In this document: positions 13,373 to 24,242 of the stretch, one piece after another | How the letters are laid out: each line of letters begins with the position of its first letter | How positions within the stretch are numbered: the stretch's first letter is position 1 | DNA from: Lophium mytilinum | Lineage: Eukaryota | Length of the DNA: 64,000 nt | Assembly: GCA_010093605.1 (NCBI GenBank) | Contig: MU004198.1 | Location: 1,056,726 to 1,120,725, forward strand | Direction: 5' to 3' | Notes under the pieces: model-generated | Told to the model about the DNA's origin: nothing | The model's input: the letters and a program-made list of their open reading frames with translations, nothing else | Databases searched by the model: none | Program-made: the position numbers and the translations under genes

Positions 13373-15583
13373 ATGTCTCTTCACACACCCACCGATACTC
13401 ACGTCGCACGTATTGCCTCCTCGCAGCAACTAGGCCAATTCGAGAATCAATCTGCAAGAACAGCCGTGCTGCACACAATCGCAAACGCAAATACAGCCCT
13501 CCTCCGTGGGCTGCCCGTCTCCCTCAAGGCCTTCGACCTCTCGAAATTCGTCTGCCACTCTAGCTTCCAATGGCCTCAGGGCGCTGCTATGTTGGCAGCA
13601 AACAGGGCAGAACACCAACGGCCTATAGCGACCGGTAAGAACATTACATCGCGCTTCGCTAACTGAGACAACAAATAATCCCCAGCTCTTCTTGCTGACC
13701 TGTACATAGGCCAACCCCCAATGGGCAGCGACATGCTATGCGACCTGGACACTGGCAGTCAGATGTCCTGCATAAACGAATCCATTCACCTTCCCTCAGA
13801 CGACGCGGAAAGCAACGAAGATATACACCATGATTTTATAGCCGTGGAGGACGAGTCGTATTCAAGTAGTTCCAGCTCCAGCGGAAGTGGATCTACAGGA
13901 CGAACTTCTCCAGTCTCGGACCGGGATTCGACGAAGACGCAGGATGCCAATGTCGAAACTCCAGCCTCGAAGGTTGACGAGTGGCTCGGCGAGGTAGGAG
14001 ATGGGTATGAGTCTGATGTTACTGTCATTGGCCCCGGTGCTAGACGAGCTCATCATGAGAAGATGGAGGCTCTGCCTCGAAAGGACGACGAGAACGAAAT
14101 CGACGAGTACCATCAATCGAAGGAGCAACTTACAGTGTTTGGAGATGTCAATGCGTCGATCGAAGATGAGGATGAGGATGAGGATTCCGAGGATGAAGAA
14201 TATGCCTCTTTCACCATCACCGCCTTGCCGAATGCCCCCTTCCACACTGGAACCCAGATGCATACCTCACCTATGACTGCTTCATCTATGTCTGCTATGG
14301 ATGCAGCTCTCCTCTTTCCCAACGGATTTACGACGTATCCCATCGTTATGCCGCCCTATCACCACGCCTTGATCCACGAATATAGACCGGACCGTGTAGA
14401 CAGGATCATGAAGTACGCACAACCAGGCCGCATTCATAAAGGAGAAGTTCCCAAGCGCCCCAAATACGGTAGCATAAATGGTCGCACTCCATGGGTTTGC
14501 GAGTGGGAACCCAAAGCTGACCAGGAGGCGGAGCCTCCAAGAGCAGTTATGAAAGCTACTCTATCGCGGCCTAGGAGGAAAGCGACTGCTTCCACAACCG
14601 TACGGCCTGGGCCCGTAGTGCGTGTGAAACCACCCTCTGCCTCATCGGCCCGGCTAATGGCACGTCTAGACGCGATCGACAAGAAGCAGTCCGCGACGAG
14701 ACCGGACAGCCGCGCCCCTCGCGCCCCTACTGGGCCTGCTAAGGAAACGTTGGCCAAACCCCTGGAAAAGAATCAAGGCGCTGGTACGCCCATCAGACCG
14801 CTAGCAAAAGTCCGAGATCGCTCTGCTAGGGTGAATGCGACTTCTGTGCCGCCGAAAGTGGTGAATGCGACCTCTGTGCCGCCGAAGGTGGTTCAGCTTG
14901 CGAAGGCTATTGCTGAAATGAAACTTGGAAATACTGCGGAGACAAAGCTCGGCTTTCCTCTGCCGGCACCTATGCCAAAGAAGGCAAAATTTGTTAAAGC
15001 CTCTGCAAAAGATATTGAGGCTAGCAAGGTCCAAAAGGCCAAACTCCAAACGGCCAAACTCCAAAAAGTCAAACACCAAAAAGTGAAATCGGTCAGCAAG
15101 TCTGCTGTCAAACCTGTCGCGAAACCTACACCAAAACCTGTCACCAAACCTGCGTCTGTTCAAAGCGAGAATGTCCCACAGCCTGTCTTCCGATCCTTAG
15201 CCACGCCTAGTATCGACGATTCACCTGACTCCGAGAAAGAGCGTCTAGTAGAACAACCACCGCGACTACCCAAAACGACTACGGTACAGACCCAGCCCGC
15301 AGAACCGCCGGCTACGACAGACTTGTCTGAGCACGAGAAGTGGCTCCGACTGACTACCATCCCACTACAAGGCGCCAGCGATCCCCAGCTTACCGAATAT
15401 TTCGAGCAGGCTAGCCGTCAACGCCGCCAAGATATGGACCTTCGGGCCGGCCCACCCGATACCAACTACGATCGCACTATGACTGGGGGTGTGTTGTTGA
15501 AACACCCGTTGGAGACGTTCATTTTGCTACTGCTGGTGTTCTTTGTACTTTGGTTCCTGTTTTATTACTTCGAGCTTGTTTGA
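13373..15583 (+). CDS. Hypothetical low-complexity protein with acidic and Lys/Pro-rich tracts and a single C-terminal TM helix; probable intron from 13635 to 13685 or 13709
   Basis: 620-aa ORF ending in FILLLLVFFVLWFLFYYFELV. An upstream exon from ATG 13373 joins in frame through a GTAAGA donor and either AG acceptor. Internal duplication VNATSVPPKV x2. Confidence 0.7.
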
Positions 15584-16265
15584 GTGGCCTGGTATTAGTG
15601 TTAATGACTGAGAGCATTGACTGCAACAGGAAGCCGTGCCGTTCTTACGAAAGCCTTTGCTTGAGATGCTGTCTGGTGGAACCGTCAAAGATCTGGTATG
15701 AGGTTTTTACAGTATTTACTGCATTGTCCCCCTTGATTGAAGGAAATCGAATGACATCATTAGATAGACTCTTGGTTGAGATAGGGATCTCGGTATTGTA
15801 AATCCATGTCACGAAAATGAAAGCTTGATGTACATGGATGCCCGTGTGTTGTGTTCTGTGGCCGACTTTTTGATGTTGTTATCTCCACTCTTTCGGACAT
15901 CGTCCTATTGGGCTGATGCGTTCCATCGTACACCGTGCATCGCTTCCGACTATCCGACCCATGGATCGCTACCGATATCGGCGCCCGATAGCGTTGACCT
16001 AAAAGGCTTAATCTGACCGCAGCCTTCAGACCATAAGAAATTAGTGCCCTTTATGCCGTCACCATCCATAAACATATAAATACGAAGATGCCCACCAGAT
16101 CTTCTTTCCCTCTTCAACCCACGCGCATTTCAAAAAGTCGATCGTTCAGTTTTTCAAGGTCTCAAGACATTTAACCTCAAATTTACCACTCTCGACTAAC
16201 ATAGAACAGGACCGCCAACTCTTCACAAAACTTTTAATTCTCTCCACCTCTCTAAATTCTCTACT

Positions 16266-17486
16266 ATGTCTTCCATCCTAGAAAAACGCCGTACCCAACA
16301 GCTCCCAATCGACTGGAGCACTGGTCACGACGCCATCTTCAACTCCACCATCCTCACCGATATCCCCGCGGCTCTCGCCTCCTGGTCCTCCAAGCGCGTC
16401 ATCCTCGTCTACAGCAAGACCCTCGATGCGCAAACCTCTCACATCAAAAACCTCATCACCGCCCTCGGCCCCCTAGTCGCCGGCACCAAATCCGGCGTCG
16501 GCGCCCACTCCCCCTACGCCGACGTCATCGCCATCGCGCACCTGCTATCCTCCAAAAACGCCGACACCCTCATCTGCATCGGCTCCTCCTCCTACTCCGA
16601 CGCCTGCAAAAACGCCGCCTCGCTGCACGCCACGCTCCCCGCCGGCTTCACGGAAGACGACATGGAAGCGCTGGTCGATAAAGACGCGGGGATTACCGCA
16701 CCGATGCAGAACCCGACTGTGAAAGTAATTCTTGTGCCGACGAGTTTGAGCGCCAGCGAGTGGAACCCTATCTCCAGCGCTACGAACAAGGATCGCAAGA
16801 AGCAGCATTTCGGCACCTGGACTGGTGGCGCGGATCTCCTGTTGCTGGATCCTGAGGTCGCGAGTACGGCGCCCGAGGTGCTGTGGTTGAGTTCGGGGGT
16901 TAGGGCGGTGGATCATTGTGTTGAGACGATTTGTAATCCGGATTCGAATGATGAGGCGAACGGGCATGCGGAGAGGGGACTGAGGGAGTTGTTGAAGGGG
17001 TTGAGGGAGTATAAGGAGGGGAAGGATGGTAAGGATCGGGGGGAGTTGCTGAAGGGGATCTCGGAGTGTCAGGCGGGCGCGCGCGAGGCAATGATTGGGT
17101 TGTTGGTGTATCGGATTCCGATGGGGCCGAGTCATGCGATTGGGCATCAGTTGGGGAGCGTGGCGGGGGTGATGCATGGGGTTACGAGTTGTGTGATGCT
17201 GGCGCCGGTGCTGAGGTATACGAAAGGGAGGAATCCGAAGGGGCAGGGGAGGGTGTTGAGAGTGTTCAATGAGGTGTTGGGGTGGCAGGAAAAGGAGGCG
17301 GCGGATGCGGTGGCGAACTTTGTGAAGCTGGTTGGGCTACCTGGTAGTTTGAAGGATGTGGGAGTTACGGAGGAGAAGGATGTTAGATTGATTGCAGATA
17401 AGACGATGACGGATGCGTGGGGAGGGAAGAAGAGGCAGTTGGAGACCGTGGAAGAGGTGATGGCGATTTTGAACATGGCAAGATAA
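16266..17486 (+). CDS. Iron-containing alcohol dehydrogenase family (maleylacetate reductase / Fe-ADH-like)
   Basis: VPTSLSASE, LLLLDPEVA, SSGVRAVDHCVE, GPSHAIGHQLG..GVMHGVTSCVML (metal-binding Asp/His pattern) and VGLPGSLKDVGV. Intronless, 406 aa. Confidence 0.9.
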   Translation: MSSILEKRRTQQLPIDWSTGHDAIFNSTILTDIPAALASWSSKRVILVYSKTLDAQTSHIKNLITALGPLVAGTKSGVGAHSPYADVIAIAHLLSSKNADTLICIGSSSYSDACKNAASLHATLPAGFTEDDMEALVDKDAGITAPMQNPTVKVILVPTSLSASEWNPISSATNKDRKKQHFGTWTGGADLLLLDPEVASTAPEVLWLSSGVRAVDHCVETICNPDSNDEANGHAERGLRELLKGLREYKEGKDGKDRGELLKGISECQAGAREAMIGLLVYRIPMGPSHAIGHQLGSVAGVMHGVTSCVMLAPVLRYTKGRNPKGQGRVLRVFNEVLGWQEKEAADAVANFVKLVGLPGSLKDVGVTEEKDVRLIADKTMTDAWGGKKRQLETVEEVMAILNMAR

Positions 17487-17860
17487 GCGGGTTAAAAACT
17501 CGAAAGACCTGACAGTCTCCAAAGAGGCGGAATCGGTAGTAACTTTAATAATCTACCAGTCTTGTGCCCTTCTACGTCGAAGCTTTCCATTTCATACCTT
17601 TAAATTTGCACTGCATTACACATCTAATAGTCTCTTCAAATTGTCTTCGCTATTAGCTGTCGCTTCGCACTACCCAGGGTACTCCCCATGAGTTTCGAAA
17701 CTGTAGGGGCGGTGTCGAGTTTCATGCAGTGCGAATCAGACTGCAATTTGACCTGTTAGCTACTAAGTAGCTGGGCTACTCCTCGCAGTGGTGTCCAAAG
17801 AGCAAGAGTGGTGCCGAGCAGTGATAAGATTCATGTGCCTAGACATATAGCTGGCTTGTA

Positions 17861-19210
17861 TCATAAACTCTTGGGCATCTTTGTCTTCTTGCACACCGGT
17901 TCGTCTTCTCCGACTTCATCTTCTCCCTCCTTGACCTCATCCCGTTTGCGCCTGCTTGAATATTTGTGGGCTTCTGGAGTATATCCGCCGCTGGTCTGCC
18001 ACTCCCCGTCCAGACACTCCTCCCCCAGGCACCCCGGCTTCTGAGCCTCTCTCTGCTCATACTCTTCCTGCTCCGTCTCACTGCCTTGCTCTTGTTGTCG
18101 ATCACGTTGATGATGGTGCTCGCTTATCTGTCGTTTGTCCGGAGCGTCTGTAGCCAAGTCTTCGGGCTTCTGTGACGGAATACCCAAACCTCCTCTCGGT
18201 GATATCGTGGGCACTTGTTCGCGGGTTTGTAGATTTGGAGTCTTCGGGTTCGTGCCGGGACCCGTACTCAACTCTTCTCTGATAGCGCCCGTAGTGATAG
18301 ACAGCGCAGTTGCCCTTGATGCCCGCAAGGCTGTCCTCACCTTGTCCGTGACACGGCAAATGATCTCTCTGTCCTCTTCAAACTTATCTTTAGCCGTGTT
18401 GTTCCGCCTGCTCTGGTTCAGGAACGTCCTCAGAGTGGCATTAATCCGACGCCTGACAACGTCTGACTTGATAGAGCTTCCTAAGCCTTGCTCTGGTCTG
18501 ACGATCTCTTGAGGGGTGTAGAACATGCGAAGCAGGATGAGTGTGGTTCCCGAATGCAGATGGGGTGCGTGATTGAGGATCCGCTCCATTGCACTCTCGT
18601 ATTTCCGTAATCTAGTCATGTCTCCCGAAAAGAGGTCTTCGAGCAGCTCGTCAAGATCGGTTGGACTCTGAATCTGGTTGTATGGGTGTTGTTTGAGAGC
18701 TTCCATGAAACTCCAAGAATCGATATGTCCAGAAGGTGCTTCGGCTGTAGCTTGTTCGTGTGTATCTTTCTTAGGCTGCTCATCGGACTTCTTCTTGCCG
18801 CCTTTGGTGGGAACATAGATGATGCCAAGATTCTGGAGTTGGTCGCCCGCATCCAACGTTGCCTTGAAGAGAGCTCGGTCCATCGGAAAATTGTAATGAC
18901 CTGTGTGGCCACTGCGGTGCATTCCCTTCGCATGCCCAAACAAATGCTCCCCTTTGTCAATTCCGTATTGAAATATCTTGCGCAATAGCTCTTCCTCTTC
19001 CCATAGTAAGGTTGTTACGGAGGAAGGATTGCTTGCGGGAACTGGAGTATCTGAAGCGCCAATGATAGTACGAACAGAGGCGGTCTCGTGAACGGGACTC
19101 GCGCCTGTCGCAGAACTAGTTGCGTTTGCTTGGATAGGTACTTCCAGATCATGGGCACGCGGAGGAGTGTAGCTTTCCCCGCGGGCATGCGTCGATGAAG
19201 TGGCATCCAT
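17861..19210 (-). CDS. Uncharacterised 'APHL-domain' protein, paralogue A (449 aa)
   Basis: LLRKIFQYGIDKGEH..GHY..HPYN..EDLFSGD..ILNHAPHLHSGTTLILLRMFYTPQEI..GSSIKSDVVRRRI, shared with five other ORFs in the window. Confidence 0.8.
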   Translation of the reverse strand: MDATSSTHARGESYTPPRAHDLEVPIQANATSSATGASPVHETASVRTIIGASDTPVPASNPSSVTTLLWEEEELLRKIFQYGIDKGEHLFGHAKGMHRSGHTGHYNFPMDRALFKATLDAGDQLQNLGIIYVPTKGGKKKSDEQPKKDTHEQATAEAPSGHIDSWSFMEALKQHPYNQIQSPTDLDELLEDLFSGDMTRLRKYESAMERILNHAPHLHSGTTLILLRMFYTPQEIVRPEQGLGSSIKSDVVRRRINATLRTFLNQSRRNNTAKDKFEEDREIICRVTDKVRTALRASRATALSITTGAIREELSTGPGTNPKTPNLQTREQVPTISPRGGLGIPSQKPEDLATDAPDKRQISEHHHQRDRQQEQGSETEQEEYEQREAQKPGCLGEECLDGEWQTSGGYTPEAHKYSSRRKRDEVKEGEDEVGEDEPVCKKTKMPKSL

Positions 19211-19720
19211 GGTGGGTGGATAACTCAGAGTTGGTGTTGGTGTTGCGGCGCAGGAGGTGGTGACGGTGGCAAACGCTGTGGTGCTTGAAAGCTTGCGGCC
19301 TTTTGGCTATAGCGCGATGGCGATTCGATTCACACGTGACTGCGCACGGAGGTTGGCACCGTTACCGCTGTGAAAGTTTGTGTCCTCGAAGTAGAATTCT
19401 ACGTTTATGTTGCAATAAATTAACATCAGTGCTGGCAAGTACGTGTCTAGACTCTACCAAAAGCGCCATTGAAGAAGTCAGGGATAGGACTTAAAAGTGC
19501 AATAGCCTACTGAACGCAGATTTTGGAGACTCCAATCATGCTATCTAGAAACAACCCGACAATGATGTGAATGTCCTGCTATACTAACGATATTGAAGCA
19601 TCTGCTCCATGATCCTAGACAGACAGAAGAATGCATAGCTTCTTGGTGGGTCGAAGGTCATTAGTACGTTTTCGCCTTCTTATTCGCCAGCTTCTCACTC
19701 TTTATATACAATTCCCCCTG

Positions 19721-21151
19721 CTAAGCATGGTCCCGCTTACGCTTGGCTGGAGAACTGTAGGATCGCGCAGGAGATCCGGGGGTGGAGGTGGCGCCCTGCG
19801 TCGTAGGCACATTATTCCTTGGATGTTCAGGCTGCGAGGCAGCATAGCCCTCCCTAGGGTTAGGGCCCTGACTTTGCTCCTCCAGAAGAGTTCTCGGGAA
19901 CTCATCAGCCTCCTCATCCTCCGGAAACCCAGCATCCTCATCCTCACCATCAAGCTGGTCCAAGGACATTCTCTCGAGCTCATCAGGCTGCTCATCCTCC
20001 AGAAGCCCGGCCTCCTCCTCATCATCATAATCATGAGATTCATCATCCTCGGATTCATCCTCATCAGCAGCTATTGGCGGTGGAGGCAAGCTCTTCACAA
20101 ATTTCCTAACCCGATTTGCCTCATCCCGGACAAGAGTTCTTGTAACCTCTGTCACCGATGACTTATTGACCATCTTTACCGACTTGTAAAGCCGAAACGC
20201 CACCGAAGAGCAGACTACGCTGCTCCCCAGCTTACGCTCCGCATACGTGATTTTTTCAGGGGTGAAGAACATCAACAAGAGCACATATGTAGCGTTGCAA
20301 TGGAGATGCGGTGTGTACCGGAGGATATACCGCATTGCCTCCTTGTACGGCCTCAGAATCTTCGCGTCTTCTGAGAGAACGTCTTCCACAATTTTCTCGG
20401 CGCGTAAGTGTTTGAAAGGACGTTGACGGTATGCCTCCATGATATTCGAATACAAGATGGGCCGAAGACCTGGATCGCTGGGTGGTTGCCTAGTCGGGAC
20501 GAACACCCTAGGGCCCTCCTCATTAGGCGGGTTGGTCTGAATCGGCCCATTGATTATTTCACTTTGGATTATTGCGTGTCGATAGTATCCAAGTCCCACC
20601 CTTCCCTTCCTGCGTGGGAAGTTCGAACGTTCATGTTCTCCATTGTCGATGCCAGTCTGGAAGATGTCCCGAAGCACTTCTCTCACGTATCTCACTGAGG
20701 ACTGTTGGCCCGCGGATAACGTTTGCGGAAACAGCAGAACTGGGGTAAAAGCCACGTTTACGTTGGGAGCTGGAGGATTCAGAGGGCTCGTCGCACCAAA
20801 GATTTGCGGAAAAGACAATTCAGCGTTCCGATGAGACTGCGTGATGTTACTACGCATATTGAAGGCCTGTGAATCTGCGATCACATTTGTGACAGAGTGC
20901 TGTGAAAAGTCGTTTGCCCGGTATGGTGATGTATATTTTGCGAAAGTACGGCCATAGTGAGTCTGTGGTGCAGCAAGCCGGGCGACAGGCACCCATCCAA
21001 GATACTGAGAGCTATACGTGCGGCCATTTGGAGCTATCGGATACCAAGAAGGGGTCTCATGAAAGTGAGTTGCGGCTGTTGCGGAGCTGGGGGCGACCCT
21101 TTGGAGAAGTACAGGAAGAAAGAGCTCCCACCGCAGAGCCCTGGTGCCCAT
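19721..21151 (-). CDS. Uncharacterised 'APHL-domain' protein, paralogue B (476 aa, acidic tail, C-terminal PAKRKR NLS-like motif)
   Basis: VLRDIFQTGIDNGEH..GYY..RPFK..EDVLSED..ILRYTPHLHCNATYVLLLMFFTPEKI..LGSSV. Confidence 0.8.
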   Translation of the reverse strand: MGTRALRWELFLPVLLQRVAPSSATAATHFHETPSWYPIAPNGRTYSSQYLGWVPVARLAAPQTHYGRTFAKYTSPYRANDFSQHSVTNVIADSQAFNMRSNITQSHRNAELSFPQIFGATSPLNPPAPNVNVAFTPVLLFPQTLSAGQQSSVRYVREVLRDIFQTGIDNGEHERSNFPRRKGRVGLGYYRHAIIQSEIINGPIQTNPPNEEGPRVFVPTRQPPSDPGLRPILYSNIMEAYRQRPFKHLRAEKIVEDVLSEDAKILRPYKEAMRYILRYTPHLHCNATYVLLLMFFTPEKITYAERKLGSSVVCSSVAFRLYKSVKMVNKSSVTEVTRTLVRDEANRVRKFVKSLPPPPIAADEDESEDDESHDYDDEEEAGLLEDEQPDELERMSLDQLDGEDEDAGFPEDEEADEFPRTLLEEQSQGPNPREGYAASQPEHPRNNVPTTQGATSTPGSPARSYSSPAKRKRDHA

Positions 21152-21284
21152 CGTGACGGGACTAGATAGAGCTAGTGTCGAAGTGATAGTTGAGAACTGT
21201 GATGGTGGTAATGAATGTTGTGGTGTACTACGTGGGCGGCGGTGGTGCGCGGTGGGCAGCTCCTGTCTTTTGGCTCAAAGGTAT

Positions 21285-21880
21285 CATGTCACCTGGGCCG
21301 CTCTTGACAACGATGTCGACCTCCTTAAACTTGCACTGCAGCAGTACAGTACAGGCGACAACAGCATGACTTGAGCATGATTACAGGATGATGATTTTTT
21401 TATCTAGGCACGAGTTCAATCATCGGTCTTTGCGGTGTGTGTTTGCTGAGGTGTAATATGTCAACCGGGCCGCTCCTGACAGTGAAGTCGAGCTTCCAGA
21501 CCCAGCGCTCCAGCAGTAGCATATAGGTGCCCAGAGCTCTGACGTACCCCCATGAGCTTCTTTTAAAAAAGACGCGATTTCAAACATCGATCAGCGTCTT
21601 TCGAGATGTCCATTGACTAAAAGGCATTAACTCAACCGGGCCGCTCCTGGCAGTCTTGTCCAGCGTCTAAATCTAGCACTTTGGAAGTAGCGTATTGTTG
21701 CCCAGGGAAAGAATGACCAGAAAATGATATCCTTTCTACTATAAGCTGACTGTAAATTTCTAGTAGCATAATTTTAGGCTTTCTTTTGACTAGAAGACAG
21801 TCTGTCAATCGGGCCGCTCTCTGACGGTGACGTGTAGCTTCTAAAGCTATACTTTAGGTAAAATAGTATTAGTGTACCAA
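21285..21880. repeat. Degenerate ~172-bp tandem repeat (4 clear units, weaker units further right)
   Basis: Core TCAACCGGGCCGCTCCTGACAG-like motif, with GGGCCGCTC at 21295, 21467, 21638 and 21811 (spacings 172, 171, 173). Confidence 0.75.
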
Positions 21881-23279
21881 GATATATCCCGAAATTCATT
21901 TGTTTTCCCATGGCCTATCCACAGTCACTTGCCAACGTTTAAAGTGCCCCCTTGTGAGTCTCAGAATTTGAACACACGATGTCAAATTCTAGGTAATGGC
22001 AGTCGACTTACACTTTAACAAGCTAGCTACCTAAATACAGTAGCGCATAGCATCGAAAGATAGATCCCGGGCAGTATGATATGTATCTTAGATCCTGTTA
22101 CGTTGCGAAAGGCTAGCCTACATTCGTTCAACCACCGTTTTAGGATGCCCCCACGAGTTTTCAAGAGCCTAGACGCGGTGTTAAGATCACTGCGGTGGCA
22201 ATCGAGTAACGCACTTTAAGAGGCCGGCCACCTAGAGGTAAGGGGACTTCTAACAGTAGCATTAAGCCTCTGAGATCCTATAGAAGTAGCATACAGGTAC
22301 CTAGAGCATGACAAGAGGGTAATATAAGATGTTGCAGCCGCACGAACAAGAGGACACAAGCTTGTACATGCCATCTTTACATGTCGTCTCAATTGATCAT
22401 GACGAGCTGAAGCACTACTAACAGCGGTAAGCAGGCCTACTGCCAGCGCGTGAGAGTCTTCTGAAGTAAGGCGTTAAGAGCTTTACATGATCTTCCGACT
22501 ATTAAGATGCGCTGAAGCACCTCTATCCAAACAAGTCATATCGGAGCGGGCCTCTATAAGCCTAGAAAGCTGATCATATGACGGTTTGAAAGATACAAAA
22601 GTAGAGATTAGACTGCCCTTTGCCAGGCTGGCTATCTGCTAGTCAAATAACACCTAACGGTGGCATAGAGTTGGTCGAACAGAGCATGAAATATTGCGTA
22701 TCGAGGCACTCATTCTTGGGCTTCGAATGCTTAAGGTCACTGCGATGTTAAAGTTGAGGTAGCGGGGATTAAGATATGTTTTGGCTGGATAACTACCTGC
22801 TCACTGAGCGACCTCTTACAGCGGTGTTAAGCGAGTAGAAGGTAAGTTCAATCAGTGTAATTCTGGGGCGAGCACCTACGGTTGTCAAAACTCAGATCGC
22901 AACGTGTTGTCACGGTTAAGTCACTGGAGATTAAGCTACCTTTTAGCCAAGCGGAATTATTACGGTTGGGGTACTCTTGACAGCGGCATTGAACAAGCAA
23001 AAGCTAAGATATAAAGATCCTAGTTGGAGGCTAAGTACTAATACGTTTGAAATCAAGATGTGCAGTTTTAGGCTATCAAAATTGCCCTACATCCTAACTA
23101 ACCGATAACTTGTTGGTAGAGCCACTTCTTACGGCGTTGTCATTGAACTAAAAACGAGGTCCGAGCAGCAAAACATCCGTTTAGTAGGTTCTTCAAGCCT
23201 TTCATACCATGTGAAAGCTAGGGTGTTGGAGATTGAACTGCAAGAGACTGTGTCCATTCTTTCAACTCTCACTAGTTGG

Positions 23280-24000
23280 AGCTACCGCAAATGGTACCAA
23301 CCACATGTCGAACCCTTACTCGTAACAACCAGACACATACCTACTTGCCGGCTTCGCGGAGCTATTCGCACTCCCAATCGGCAGGTCAGTTCAGCGCCTG
23401 CAGGCCTTGAATCTTGTTTTTCTTTCTTAGATCTCTCTGAAGCCTCTCAAACGGTACCAACGACCTATCAAACCTTCGCTCAGGAGATGCCTACACGCCT
23501 CTTACTTGCCGGCTTCAACGAGCTACTAAGCCGCCGTTAGAGTAGGCCAATGTTGCACATGTCGCCTTTGATATCGTGTTTACTATTATTCGACCCATTA
23601 AGACACTTCAGACGGTATCATCTGCCTAGAAAAGAACCGTGATTCTAACAGATTCAATATACGCTTTCCAGAACGTGGCATTTTACTTAAAACTTGGTCG
23701 CTACCATAGGGCGCCCCTGACGATGCTGACATACTAGAGAAGCGCGGGTATTTCGCAGTCTCAAACTTACGCTTTCCGGAACGTTACATCGTGTTGACTT
23801 CGGTTGGACCGCTATGTACACCCCAGGCGCCGTCATCCACCTGGCACACCGTCACGTACACGCCCCCTAGTGCCGGCTTAGATGAGCTATTAGACCCCCA
23901 AACACAAAAGCCTATTGCAGTACGTGCAGCTTTTGACATTGTGCTTTCCCATTTTCCAGCCCACATGAGGCCTCTCAGATAGTATCATGCACCTACCAAA
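23280..24000. repeat. Degenerate ~160-bp tandem repeat
   Basis: CA(A/G)ACGGTA(C/T)CA-like motif at 23288, 23448, 23609 and 23976. TACTTGCCGGCTTC..GAGCTA at ~23341 and ~23501, weaker at ~23867. Confidence 0.55.
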
Positions 24001-24242
24001 CCATCCTAAAATGCAATCCGTTTAATACTCTTACCCTTATCCAAGTAAAAAGGTCCAAACCTGTAACATAGCGTGGTACCGTAAACATCATTTTCAGGCA
24101 CGCATAGTGATCAAGATGAGGGGCATTGTTTTATTCCACTACAGTAAAGAGGAGGGATCATAAGGACTAACATTGAACAGGAGACTCCACAGAACCAGTC
24201 AAACACGAAGCAAAGGGACTCATATTAACCCGGGCGCTCTAG

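Noticed and set aside
16545..17177. Antisense 210-aa ORF within Fe-ADH (and similar shadow ORFs in other genes)
   Set aside because: Shadow of a GC-rich, codon-biased sense gene.
21285..21880. CRISPR-like array
   Set aside because: Eukaryotic context, degenerate repeats, a period too long for CRISPR and no cas genes; treated as a tandem repeat.
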